Source: Octopus bimaculoides
Lineage: Eukaryota
DNA length: 64,000 bases
Assembly: GCF_001194135.2 (NCBI RefSeq)
Contig: NC_068997.1
Coordinates: 55,377,139-55,441,138, forward strand
Reading direction: 5' to 3'
Shown: piece after piece, positions 25,873-38,936 of the stretch
How positions within the stretch are numbered: the first letter of the stretch is position 1
How the letters are laid out: the number at the start of each line of letters is the position of its first letter
Program-made: the position numbers and the translations under genes
Notes under the pieces: generated by a model
Database searches by the model: none
What the model was told of the DNA's origin: nothing
The model's input: the letters and a program-made list of their open reading frames with translations, nothing else

Positions 25873-26620
25873 ACCAAGTGATATCAGAAAGTTCTCAGAG
25901 AGGCAATAAACAATAAATATACTAGTTCATCAGTAAATAAAAGAGGGTAAAGGACAAGGACCCTCCGTCGGTCATGAATGACTGTGGGATTACACCTAGA
26001 AAGTTACCCTCTGAGGCACAAGTCCAGCGAAGGTTGTTTATGGAAGACCAGCAGTCACCCATGCATACCAGCCTTCCCTCTCCACGCCACCAGTGTAATC
26101 TAACAGAAAGGCAAAGGGCTGATACAGCTCGGCACCAGTGACGTAGCAACTCGTATCTACAGGCTGAGTGAACTGAAGCAAAATGAGATAAAGTGTCTTG
26201 TTCAAGAACACAATAAACAGCCCGGTCCATGGAATTGAACTCACTACCTCATTATTGTGAGCTCAATGCTCTAACCACTGAGCTATGTGCCTTCATTAAT
26301 AAATTAGGCATCTAAAATATTTTTATTTAGGCACTGCTCCTACCAAAATTGTTCCTTAAGGATATACATAGTGATCCGACTGCAATATTCCACATCTCAA
26401 AAGCACACCAGAGGTTTTCATCAGGAATGTCATCCAAAACAATTTGCAATTCCATTTGAATGTCATCGATCAGTTTCAAGAGGTGTTCCTTCATTTCTAA
26501 GTCCATTTTGCAAACAACAGCAAGGGCAGGAAAGATGGAGTGAGTATGAAGATTTCGAGGAATTATTACCATTTTTATTGTCTTGACAGAGATTTCTACA
26601 AATGCATTGTCAGGATACAA
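25873..26620 (-). mobile_element. Decayed mariner (DD34D) 3' end: transposase C-terminus and TIR, interrupted by a SINE
   Basis: ORF 26327..26620 reads LHTHSIFPALA..MKEHL..IDDIQMELQIVLDDIPDENLWCAFEMW...CISLRNNF, resembling the mariner LPHPPYSPDLAP..K..L..F..IEDIQ....L..IP.E.F...F..W..R..CI...G.YF. A TIR-like TA-CCAAGTGATATCAGAAAGTTCTCAGA lies at about 25872. Confidence 0.65.
25926..26297 (-). mobile_element. tRNA-derived SINE family D (my label), full length
   Basis: Reverse-strand head gaaggcacatagctcagtggttagagc (A-box) and gagttcaattcc (B-box). Body cacctagaaagttaccctctgaggcacaagtcc is shared with 26655 and 27945. Confidence 0.9.
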
Positions 26621-26654
26621 CAGCCAGTCACAGTTATGTCATAGTTCCAGTCAG

Positions 26655-26921
26655 GTTAGAGAGGCAAGGTTGTTTATGGAAGACCAGTAGTCGCCCATGC
26701 ATACCAGCCTCCCCTCTCCATGCCCACGATGTTATCCAAAGGAAAGGCAAAGGCTGATACAACTTGGCACCAGTGGTGTCTCATCTCATTTCTACAACTG
26801 AAGCAACATGAAATAAAGTGTCTTGCTTAAGGACACAACACACGGCCCAGTTCAGGAATTGAACTTACTATCTCCTGATCATGAGTCTGACACTCTAACC
26901 ACTGAGCCATGTGCCTTCACC
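26655..26921 (-). mobile_element. SINE family D
   Basis: Same head and body as 25926-26297. Confidence 0.88.
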
Positions 26922-27944
26922 AGTAGATATGAACACAAGAATATTATCTGTGTTTGGCAGTCAAATTTAATGTAATTTATCTGAGGTATTAAAGGTTTGC
27001 TCTCAACAAAGATAGATCAGGTATTGAATGTTGAAAATGGTTTGTAATTTAGTGTGTGTATTCACTGCTAACATTTAGAAAAATAAACAACATGAAGGGA
27101 ACTAAGGAAATATGAATAAATTATAACTGAACACTCATATGACAATCTTCTTTCAGTTCTCATGTGACAAATCTACTCATAAGGCTTTCGTTTGTGTGTG
27201 TGTATGTGTGTGTGCATGTGTGTATGTGAGGGGTAGTTGTAGTAGAAAACACTTGCCCACAACAATACTGTTTGCCACATTTTTATAGATGTAGATAGAC
27301 ACAGAGACACTCCTATGTTATTCCAGTTTATTACATTACCTACCCAGATTTCAATATTGAATGAAAAAAAACAAGTTATTTTGATTTCATTTTTGTTTTG
27401 CTGTCACGAAATTTACATAATGCTCAAAGAATGCAAAGATTAACTGAAAATCTAAAATTTTAATATTACCATAATTCTTATTGATTTTTAGCATTTCTTT
27501 TTTCCATAAAATTAATATTTCATGGATACAAGTGAATAAAAATTAAACTTGATTTGGAAAATATTTTTTAAAAGACTAAATTAATTCATCAGACTCTAAT
27601 TACATCTTGTCCATATTCAGGGCTTTGGACTCCAATAATTATGTCAAAATAGTTACAAAATTTACACCTTTCTATATTTTTTCTTATTTAAATCAGTTTT
27701 ATAATTATTTTAATCTATTTATCTACTTTTGTTATATAATTCTTCATATTGCCTTTATAAAATGTTATCTCCCATTCTTGTTAGATTTTGTTTTGTGTTG
27801 GGCTTTCTGCAGAACTGCCATTTTCCTTTGCTTGTCTCTTTTCTTCTCATGTTATAGTGAATATGCATTTCATCACTATGGTAACAGAAGTGAGTGATAT
27901 TCAGACAAATACCTGTGTTTATACATACATACATACATACATCG

Positions 27945-28242
27945 GAGATGCCCTTTGGTCACAAATGACCATGAGATTGCACCTAGAAAGTTGCCCTCTG
28001 AGGCACAAGTTCGGGCAGAGTTGTTTGTGGAAGGCCGGCAGTCGCCCATGCATACCAGCCTCGCCTCTCCACACCACTGATGTTATCCAAGGGAAAGGCA
28101 AAGGCCGATTCAGCTTGGCACCAGTGATGTTGCAACTCATTTCTACAGATGAGTGAACTGGAGCAATGTGAAATAAAATGTCTGGCTGAAGAACACAACA
28201 TGCAGCCCGGTCCGGAATTCAAACTCACAACATCATGGTTGT
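27945..28242 (-). mobile_element. SINE family D
   Basis: Same body; head truncated by an (AG)n tract. Confidence 0.88.
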
Positions 28243-29171
28243 AAGAGAGAGAGAGAGAGAGATACATATGTTTAAGATAAGGTAAGGTAAACTAAGTACT
28301 TACCGTTGAGGTGACTATGCTAAGACTGGAGTAAAATTTATTGTAAAGATCTGCAAGACTGGTTCTTCAAGTTACGTCCACCATCCAGCAGGAAAGGTGT
28401 AACTTGAAGTCCAGTTACCTTTAATTTTACTCTCTCTCTCTCATATATATAATGTATATGTATATAGTTGTTTAAAAGCTAAAAGAGAAAAGTTATTCTC
28501 CTGAGACATACACAACAGTGCTCAGCATATTTTGCACCTGTGCCTGACTAGACATGTTAAGAATATGTATTCTAATATTCATTCCTGATTTTGCTGTAAA
28601 TGATGCAAATGACTGTCATTGTAGTGTGTCACAAAACGACCATCTTTAGTTCAATAGTCTTTGAGAAGGTGAATAGTAAGCAAAACATTGATATGGCCTC
28701 TGAGGCAACTTGTGCCAGGTGTTTTCCTATTCCTGTGCTGTAGCTGATGTCTCTTGTTTCCATTTGTGTTTCAGTTACCACAAAGTCAGAACGCTGGCTG
28801 CCTGCTCTGTCATTGTGCGCTCTTTAGGGATTAAGAATATCATTTATATGAATTAAGATTGTTTTGTATGAGCTCATGTGAGTATGTGTATCAGAAAGAC
28901 AGAGAGAGAGAGAGGGGGAGAGAAAGAGAAAGAGAGAGAGACAGACAATGTGTGTGTGTGTGTGTCTGTAGATGCCTAATGAAACAGGATATGAACATTA
29001 GAATGCATTTGGTTTGCAAAGCAAATGTGGAAAAGATAAATGAATTAGGACTCTGAGCCCTCACACAAACCCCTAAGTTAGACTTCAAATGGGTTTGTAG
29101 ATACATGGAGATTTTCTAAGCTGACATGAATTATTATCTCAGAAAACATTTCCTCCAATTATCTTTTATCT

Positions 29172-29552
29172 GTTGTTTGTTTTAGTCATTAGACTATGGC
29201 CATGCTGGGGCACCACCTTGAAGACTTTTAGTTGAATGGATTGACCCTAGCAATTATTTTTTTAAAGGCCTAGCACTTATTCGATTGGTTTCTTTTGCCA
29301 AACTGCAAAGTTATGGGGATGTAAACACACCAATACCTGTTGCCAAGTGGTGGTGGGAGACAAACACAGACATAAAGACACACACACATATTTACATACA
29401 AAGGGCTTCTTTCAGTTTCCATCTATGAAATCCACTTACAAAGCTTTAGTTGGCCCAATGTTATAGAAGAAGACACTTGCCCAAGCTGTCACACAGTGAG
29501 ATTGAACACAGAACCATGTGGTTGGGAAACGAACTTCTTACCACACAGCCAT
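29172..29552 (-). mobile_element. SINE family A, full length
   Basis: From gtcattagactatggccatgctggggcacc to cttcttaccacacagcc (reverse-complemented tRNA head). Confidence 0.88.
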
Positions 29553-29624
29553 GTCAATTGACAATTTATGCTCATAAACAAAGGTTAATCATAAAAATAT
29601 TGCAATGCTAGTAGTTACTAAACC

Positions 29625-30365
<741 letters not shown>

Positions 30366-32465
30366 TTACTATGTTGTCATGTACTATTTTACTACAGTAC
30401 TATGTTATTTCTATATTACTGTATAAATAAATTAGTGTCATTAGTAACTATGCTACTGCAAACTTGCCAAGATTTGTAGCAGGGGTGTATTGTGAGTGAT
30501 TAAAGCTGTCATTTTAAATAACGTCTCTGTTTAAAATAATGAGGGTTCATTCAGTACTTGGTACCTGAACATTCTATCCTCTGGCATTGACAAAATCATT
30601 TGTAATCAATAAGAATGACTAATGACAGTGTCTATTTTCATGATGTTATTGTGATCATATTGGCGTTGTTTACTGAGCAGGTCTATGATAAGAGTTGCTT
30701 CATTTTTATTGAAACCATCTTTTCCAGGTATCATGTATCTACAAATTCATTACCTGATATCGTACACACTTTTTTGAGATGATGATATAGAATACAAGAC
30801 AATTTTGGCAACCATTTCTTACAGTTTGACTGAGTTGAAGTTACTTCTTTGATGTTTGTAACAACAAATCATACAAACTAATATTGTAGTTTCTCATTTA
30901 GGTCAGCAAATCTGAAGTGAGTGGGGTTGGTCAGTTTCATCAAATTTAATCCTTGACTCTACCTTATCTTTTATTGACTCCTGAAAGAATGACTGATGAA
31001 GTTGAATGTTGTTGCATTTGAACTCAGAATGTAAAGTATTTTTCTGGCATTCTAATGGTTCTGCTAACTCACCACCTGACAACTTATGCAATAACATCAG
31101 TTCAATTCTATAAGCTTTAAAATGTGAGGAAGAACAAACCTTATAGAGTATTTGATTTAGGTGGAGGTTGATGAAGAGGAATATAAAAGAGAGTTTAGTG
31201 TCCTTCAAATGGTGGCAATAACATAGAAATGTTTACACATATTATTTGAAAATATATTACAACTTTTTATGTCATTCTAAAAGTTTGGTAACCAACCAAA
31301 CTTTAACGTTTTGATCAAGGTATCGTTGCTATCACTATAACATCATTTCAAAATACAAGCTCTTTACATAGAACCTATTTCAGTTATTATAATAAAATAA
31401 AAGTTATAGTTTTGCAAAATTTAAAAAAGAACTAAAAGAATAAAATTCATGAATTGAATAGTGTTTTGCATTTTCTAACGAAGTCAATGTATCTTGATAG
31501 ATGGAAAAATGTTTCTGCTCATAGCTTGAAGTGATATGAAATTTTAAACATTAAGTATGAAGTATAATTTTTATTATTTTGTTTAATATTGCTTATTTCT
31601 TATAGATTATATTCTGAATATTTTAGGTAATTTTATGTTTAATTTCTTGCATAAAATGGATCATATTAGTTAGATTGTAAATGTCAAGCTGAAGAATGTT
31701 TGTAATAATATTAATCTGAGGACAATCATTTTTAGAAAAAAAACTACTTCATTAAATTTGGATTAAACTTTTAATCAGTGCTTCATATAAGTTTAGTTAT
31801 TTATACAACAGAGCTTATAGCAACATAGTTGATATTAACTTGGAATATCTGATTGGTGGAGAACCATAGACATGGTTGTTTAGTATAGAAGTTCGTTTCT
31901 CAACTATGTGGCTTCAAGTTCAGTTCCACACTCTGACCAACATCTTCCCCTGTTTGACCCACCAGGTCAAATAGGCCTTCTAAGTAGATTTAGTTGATGA
32001 AAACCGTTCTCAGTCAATTGTGAAAACATGTCCAGACATGGGGCTATATCACCCTGCTTGGGAATAGGTAGGAGCTGGTAGGGAGAAGAGCATGTGGACA
32101 AAGAACATCTGCCTCACTGGATTCTGTCTGATCTGTGCAAGCATGGAAAACTGAATTTTAAAATGATGTGATAATGCTGAGGGTAAAAGAGAAACTGCTT
32201 TTGACAGTCTGATCATTGATGTTCCGACCATGACCATTACTATCTCTTGTTTGCAGGACTACTTAATGCAAACTCTTATCCATTTTTTAAATAGTAGAAT
32301 GATTTGAGAGATATTTGGCTATTATTTCTGGCAACTACTCCATATAGAGATCTTCAATATTGGTTTACACCTTGTTGGTGACATACTGTAATCTTGATGC
32401 TAAGGATTTGCCTGATGATGTAAAAAGCTGTTTCAATCTTTATTGTTATTGAAATTTTTAATTAG

Positions 32466-32533
32466 GTTTGAAGAAACTTTTAACAAATATTTTGAACATT
32501 GCTCCATTTATTGATAAAATAAATTTGTTCATG
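32466..32533 (+). CDS. Candidate internal coding exon, unknown protein (LKKLLTNILNIAPFIDKINLFM)
   Basis: tttttaattag acceptor, perfect ATG|gtaagt donor, open in one frame (phase 1 to 0). No homology recognised. Confidence 0.3.
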
Positions 32534-32649
32534 GTAAGTTCCATTATTGTCTGTTTAGTGTATGGCAACAGAATAATAAAGAATGTTATTTAGGGTGAGA
32601 TCAGCTCTGATTAAAAGCCATTCCAGCGAGGACCATGCTGTCATTTCAA

Positions 32650-32840
32650 TCCTTTAGCATTTGAACCAGCTGTATCTGGTTTATGCTCAAACAAGTCAGA
32701 TCTGGCCTCCTACATCTACTCTACAATGTCATTTGAGAAATAAAATTCCAAAGCTATGAGATAATGCTTGATAAATGCAAAACAATGTGAATAAATAAGC
32801 ATTACATTTGTACAGAGTAATCTGAATGTAAAAAGGTTCA
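32650..32840 (+). mobile_element. piggyBac-type MITE, diverged copy
   Basis: Ends cctttagcatt ... aatgtaaaaaggtt; body related to 61127-61346. Confidence 0.6.
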
Positions 32841-35479
32841 AAAGTTTAGAACAACATTATGCCATATGCCTTTCTTTTTCTCAAATGAACAAGGATTCAA
32901 GTCATAGATTTGCAGATAGATCAGGCCTGAGCTACAATAAAACAACAATAATAACACTAAGTCTATAAAAATCAACAGATCAATATTTACTATGAGGTTG
33001 ATATCAGTTTAGATTCAAATGGTATTATTAATGAACATTTTCTCTTTATGTTAAAAAAAAAAACCCTTGAAAATGTGAAAAAGATCACAATCAACAGATA
33101 TATTGTTTATTTGAGAGGAATGTGATATTTTTATCATTATAATTGTGTTATTTCAGTAAATCCAAAAACTATTTCAAACATCTATTAATTTAACAATAAT
33201 ATTTTTTCAATGTATGCAAAAGCTCTCATGATACAATTTCTAACAACAAGGCCTTCAATATACATAACGATATCCTTTGATCAAGCTGCACTTATTGCAG
33301 GTAACATTAACTGAATGTATTCATTAAATATTTAAATTGAATCACAGAGATTTCATGCTTCAAATGCAATGTGTCAAATATATTTTAGTTACAGGGGAAA
33401 AGTAAAAATATTCCCAAAAATGTGTTTTCCCTTTTTCACAATCTCTCTTTCCCCCCTCCTTCTCCCCACCTCTCTCTGAAAGATCTGTTAAAAACGTTGA
33501 TATTTCAAAAAGTAGCAGGAAATTTAATTTTTTTATTAAGTTTTCTTTACTTCGGATTCTTTTCTTTGGAATTTCTATAATGGATTCATTTCTACATTTC
33601 AAAATTTCAAGTTATTAAATGATAACTGCAATGGATATATCTTTTTCCTTGAGTTGTTTTGTTAAACAAAATTTGAATACAACTTGTCTGTATGTACATG
33701 AGTTACAAATAATTTTATTTCTAGTTGATTACATTAAATTGTCATTATGTTTCTCACAAACACAGATGCAAAACATTGGAATAAACAAACAGTTCTTCCA
33801 AATTGAAAATCATTGATAAAACTTGCCAATGGAATTACAAAGCTAAAAGAAAACAAGTTATTAGACTCTCAAACTTAAAATTAATAACAAAGTACACTTT
33901 GAATTTGAAGCTTGATTTTACCAATTTCTATCGTCCAAATTAGTGAGGTAAATCCTAAAATATCAAAATAATTACATTTATCAAAGTATAAGCAGTCAGT
34001 GAAACAGTGAGAGAATTTATGAACAGAAAAAATAACAGGACAAATAGATAGAAAGAGAAGGAATCACATGGCTGACTCATGCAACAAACTGAGGATGCTG
34101 GAAGTAAAGAACTCTGGTTGAGGTCGCCAGCTGAAAACGTGAAACAAAAAACAGAATGTCTGGTTATAGCTGTTCAGAAACAAGCTAAGGATTAAGGAAA
34201 AGATATCCGTTTTTAAATCAACTTATTCTGTCTGTCTGTTTCTCTCTCTCTCTGGCCCTTTGAAATACAGGTCCTACATATTTTTTGCCAGCTGAGTGAA
34301 CTGGAGCAATGTGAAATAAAGTGTCTTGCTCAAGGACACAATAAACAGCTGACAATCAAACTGATGCCCTTACAAGCATGGGCCAAACACCTTAACCACT
34401 AACCCACTTGCCTTCACATATTTTCGTGTAAACAAGGAATAAAGAAGAGAAATTTTATAATTTCAAAAACAAAACTTTATCCATTTAAGCACAAAGTTTA
34501 TAATACAATCCATAATTGCAATAATTTTGTGTAAAACAGCATTGAATAAAGTATGTCTTTAGGCACCATTCATGTGGAAGATTCAACTGGACAAGAAGAC
34601 CCCTAAGTGGATATAAAATATAGCGTTGCAGCAACTTACATATTTAAAATAGTTGTTTAAACAGATGTCAAACCATTGCATCGTAGCTTACTTTAAATTT
34701 TGTCTGCTGTTCATGATGTTATAATTCTCTGTAGAGTAAAAGAATAAATAAACGTGTTTAAATTCAATGCAAGGAAAATATATATTCACTCATTCCAACA
34801 GATAAAACCAAATGGAAATAGTGAATCTTATTATTAACCATTCATACTATTCCACAACGAGAATGGATATTGAAATACCAATAATGATGGTGACGAGGCC
34901 TATGAGGAGAAAGAATATGAAGCTGTGGCCAGTCATATTTCCATTTATGGTTTATGAATTTCAGACGTAAAACAGAATGAACTGGGAAGCTAATAGAGTA
35001 AATGTCAATGTCAAAGTTTGATGTTTAAGATGTGATTCAGGAAGATGTGTTTAGAACTTTTCAACCACACTTCAATAACAGAAGTTGAATGGTTGAACAA
35101 GAGGAAAACTCATTTGTCAACTGCAATCTGCTACAAGAAATGAAGAGCTAACCAGTCAGATTATACTGTAGAGATATCTTAATTAAAACTGCTCAAAATT
35201 ACTTTATATATGGCTGTTTTCAACAAAACCGACATCGTTATCTCTGTGAAAGGTGATACTGAGTTTAGTACCAGATTCCAAACTATATCACATTCCCAAG
35301 ATATATTTCTATGACATGTGATGCATGAAAAAGGCAGAAATAAAATAATGAACCAAAACCCACTCTCCCCATGCCTTGTTACTCATCAGGCATTGGGTAC
35401 TTTCCTATTCTCAGAACATTTGCTGTCTTCATTTCTTTATGCACATTATTTTGGAAAGATATCTCAAAATAATATCAAC

Positions 35480-35800
35480 AACAATACTAAAGATTGACCA
35501 TATTATTGAAGCAAGACAAGAAATGAGTTTATAGTTGAAAAAGCAAAAATGAAACAAAGACAAAAAGTAAGATCCTAGACATTGCCATACTATTTGGTAA
35601 TAGAGGGGATGCCAAAGAAATTAAGAAAATCAAGAAATATGAGGACCTAACACCAGAGAGGCTAACAAGTTTGTAGAAGACAAAGCTGACAATTGCAGCT
35701 TTGGTAATTGGCACATGTGGCAGAACACACAAGATGCTATCTAAGAGATTGAAAGATATTGGAAGTGAGGCCTGCAGCAGCAGACACTTATCTAGGTGCC
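35480..35800 (+). mobile_element. 3' fragment of an RLE-encoding non-LTR retrotransposon (R4/Dong/NeSL type)
   Basis: Frame from 35572 reads ILDIAILFGNRGDAKEIKKIKKYEDL..RLTSL*KTKLTIAALVIGTCG..HKMLSKRLKDIG, matching the RLE pattern (I/V)DIAIP.D....KE.EKI.KY.DL..E..RLW.....VP.VIG.LG. IDHIIEAR lies upstream. Confidence 0.8.
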
Positions 35801-37551
35801 ATACAGTAGGAGTGAACCTGAAATCACTGATGCGAAGCAAACATCACCACCCAGACAGCCATGCCCCTCCAGACGTATCAACATATTAATTAATCAGTTA
35901 TTAAACAGTAAACTAATCACGTGTAAACAGTTGATAGAAGGAAAGAGAACAGTTTTAATATAAACAGTTTGACTGGTGTAAGAACATAATCTTAACTGAT
36001 ATAAAGAATATATGGTAAATTTCCTGGTTTTAGCTTCACATTGAATCACTTGTCTAACTCAGATAAATACAAGGATATTAATTCACATAATACAGAGTTA
36101 GAGGATCTAAAAGCTTAGGATGTTGACAAATCTTATATATTTATTGATTTGTGGATTGCCGATAGCAAGTGATCCGTGTATATATGTCATTCTGACTGAA
36201 CCAAGCTGCCAGCTTTTATGAATGTATTTTGCTCTTTTGCTTTGCACAGGACAACATCTGTACTAGATTCTTGATGTACTTCATTTTGAATTTTACTTAG
36301 TTGCAGTGTAAGCGTGTGAGTGTATGCAGGAGGTGCAGGGGTGGAGCGAGTTACAATCATCTTATCTGTGTCATAAGGGGAAACTATAATGTTACTTTGA
36401 AAAATCATTTAGATTAGATTTCCTATGATGACAAAAGAAGTAAAGAAAAGATATTCAAACTTAGACAACGATTAGTTTTCCTCATTATTAGCATTATTCC
36501 TATTTTGTTTGTTTTTTAATATTTACGTAAATAACGATAAAACAGTAAGAATTTAACAAAATTTATTTGCCAAAGTGCATGGTAAATATCAAATTGCACT
36601 CGGTGGTTTCTTGGTCTGGTCAATAAATGTAGCAGACAATTATTGTGAGTTAGATTATATGGAAGGATTTCATTATAACAATTATATGAACTGGCAGTAA
36701 TAAATAATGTCTACTTAAAAAAAAAAAAACCAGTTCCATTGAAGTAAAGATAAACACAGCATATCGCTTTATTATTATTATTATTATTTATCTATCTATT
36801 ATGTGATCTGGTAAAAGATGAGAATTTTTTTTCTTTCTGACAAAAAACATCAAACTCAAGTTTTAAATTTTACACAGAATATTACTTTCTCACATTTAAT
36901 ATAAATTTACATGGAAATCTAATAAAGAATTTGTTTTGATTTGTTTATTTTGAAACTGATTTTTTTTTTTTTGAAAACAAAATAAACGGAAATGTTTGGC
37001 TACAGAAAAACAAATAGAAAGCATTAATATTCTTTTCTCTTTTTACTTTTCTCAAACTTGTTGCTATTATTATTATTATTATTAGTTGTATTGGTATTAG
37101 CATCAGTAGTAGTAGTGTTAGCAACAGCAGTAATGTTACTGTACATCTGAAAACTGTGTTTTTAGGTTTGTAGGTGTTACATTGATAGACGTATTATCAG
37201 CCAGTTACACCACCACCACCACCACTGGCCCTTGAGTCCCTTTAGTGGGGTACAGTTTAACGTAAACATTTAAACCAGATCTCTTGTCTGAGAATAACTT
37301 CTTCCCTTTCTCCACCAGTTGCAGAGACCCTCAAAATTTTCATAGGGTATGACCCTTTTACATTCACTGAATCACTCCTTAAAAATGAAGTATTCATTAA
37401 TAGCTGTGTTGAACAAATTTTGTTTTTATTGGAGATTTCAAACCCCTCTGGGTCAACAGTGCCTTTCAACTTCAATAAACTGAAGTACCAGTCAAGTACT
37501 GAGGTCAATGGTATCAAATAAACCCTTCCATAACAACTGTTCACCTTGTAC

Positions 37552-37751
37552 AGTTCTATATTTAAGAAATGAGGAATTATTTACATTTGATGGATATTTG
37601 TCCTCATCTTGTTTGTTCTTAACACAACGTTTTGGCTGATATACCCTCAAGCCTTCCTCATGCCCATGGGCATATGGTGTAGTGGTTAAGAGCATGGGCT
37701 ACTAACCCCAAGATTCCAAGTTCGATTCCAAGCAGTGACCTGAACAATAGC

Positions 37752-37783
<32 letters not shown>

Positions 37784-37925
37784 CAACATCGAAAAATACC
37801 TTAGGAATGAGAACCCAGGTTCGAAATTTTCCCAAGACACCAGAAGAAGGCTGGAGGATATATCAGCCAAAACGTTGTGTTAACAACAAACAAGATGAGG
37901 ACAAATATCCATCAAATGTAAATAA
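37552..37925 (+). mobile_element. tRNA-headed SINE-like element with hammerhead-bearing tail and 5' inverted duplication, flanked by a 14-bp direct repeat
   Basis: TGTTCACCTTGTAC at 37538-37551 and 37926-37939. 37552-37660 is the reverse complement of the 3' part. A-box TGGTGTAGTGG at 37675, anticodon-like arm GGG-CTACTAA-CCC, B-box GTTCGATTCC at 37720. Confidence 0.85.
37836..37881 (+). ncRNA. Minimal type I hammerhead ribozyme motif (two core substitutions)
   Basis: GACAC-CAGAAGA-A-GGCTG[10 nt]CAGCC-AAAAC-GT-T-GTGTT. Stems I and II pair and stem III is a loopless AACGTT palindrome. U4 and G12 are both changed to A. Confidence 0.7.
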
Positions 37926-38936
37926 TGTTCACCTTGTACCTAAATTATTCATTAGCACAGTATTCTATAAACCATTTAGTGCATTTAGAATTGTGGGTTT
38001 TAGTTGTGCAAACAACTGAAGGAGATATAACTTGCAGAATGGAATTATTTACCTGTTTATCGGTTTTGGGTATGAGTCTTAGACAAAATACCTTTGCTGC
38101 CAAGAATATTGTGTGTGTAGAACATAGAATATCTCTGTAGGCAGACAGTTTAGTATACTGGAAGATTGTTATTTGGTAGGAAGATCTGAGAGGGGTTGTT
38201 TTTTGGGGGCATTAGTTGGACAGTTTTATGAAAATAGAGGTTGTAGTGAATGGGCAAAGTTTGTTGATGTTTAACACAACATTAGCCCTGATAGGGCATA
38301 TATGTGATTTAAAAAATGTTACAGCCATAACCATCCCTTCATTATCTCAGATACATTGCACAGTGGAGAATATTTTCCAATGTGTCCCTCTTTTCTAAGA
38401 TGGAAGGATGTAAGTGAGGAATAATTAGCTGCTATTTCTAACTGGTGGTGCAATCTTGCAAAGCAGTTATGGCCAAACTGCAGACCACAGGAATTTCTGA
38501 ATAGCACATCTAATGAAAAATTAACCTTGAAATTTTTTAGTAGTGCAGCTCATCTGATGATGAGCATGTCTCACATGACCTGCTACTTGAGAAAGGTTGC
38601 TTCCATGCCTGACATGAGAGTCTTCTTCAAAGAGTAGGGAATGGGTACAAGTTATCATCATCATTTTAACATCCATTTTCCATGCTTGCAAGAGTCAGAA
38701 GTTGAAGTAGATTTTTTGTTTTATAACCAGATGCCTTCCTTTTTGTCAACCCTTAACCACAAGGTAATGTTTCCCTATGGTCAGGCCAGTTTCCGCAGAA
38801 TATAGGAAATAAACAACATTGCTTGCATGGAAATACTGATCCTTTATAACTATTGTGCAATGTCAAGAAAAGGAGACACGAACACACACACTTCCATGCA
38901 TGCACACACATATTATATATATATATATATATATAT

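Noticed and set aside
26331-26540. Plus-strand exon with strong splice sites (HCSYQNCSLR...QERW)
   Set aside because: Composition is that of an antisense shadow; the minus strand is explained by a mariner transposase remnant.
28630-28830. 62-codon minus frame (AHNDRAGSQRSDFVV...TIELKM)
   Set aside because: Weak donor and no homology. May be a decayed transposon N-terminus; length is within chance expectation.
30903-31208. 101-aa minus ORF
   Set aside because: Largely a decayed family B SINE read in frame.
34089-34146. CTGAGGA-T-GCTGG...CCAGC-T-GAAAACGTG hammerhead look-alike
   Set aside because: T-T at the base of stem II, G at the cleavage position, and no stem I pairing.
36251-36308. Plus-strand segment with excellent acceptor and GTAAGC donor
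   Set aside because: Stops in all three frames. Could only be non-coding, and there is no other support. The overlapping minus ORF 36187..36408 has no recognisable homology.
37668-37740. Functional tRNA gene (anticodon ACT)
   Set aside because: No acceptor-stem pairing or T-run terminator, and it is embedded in a TSD-flanked repeat. Treated as a SINE head.
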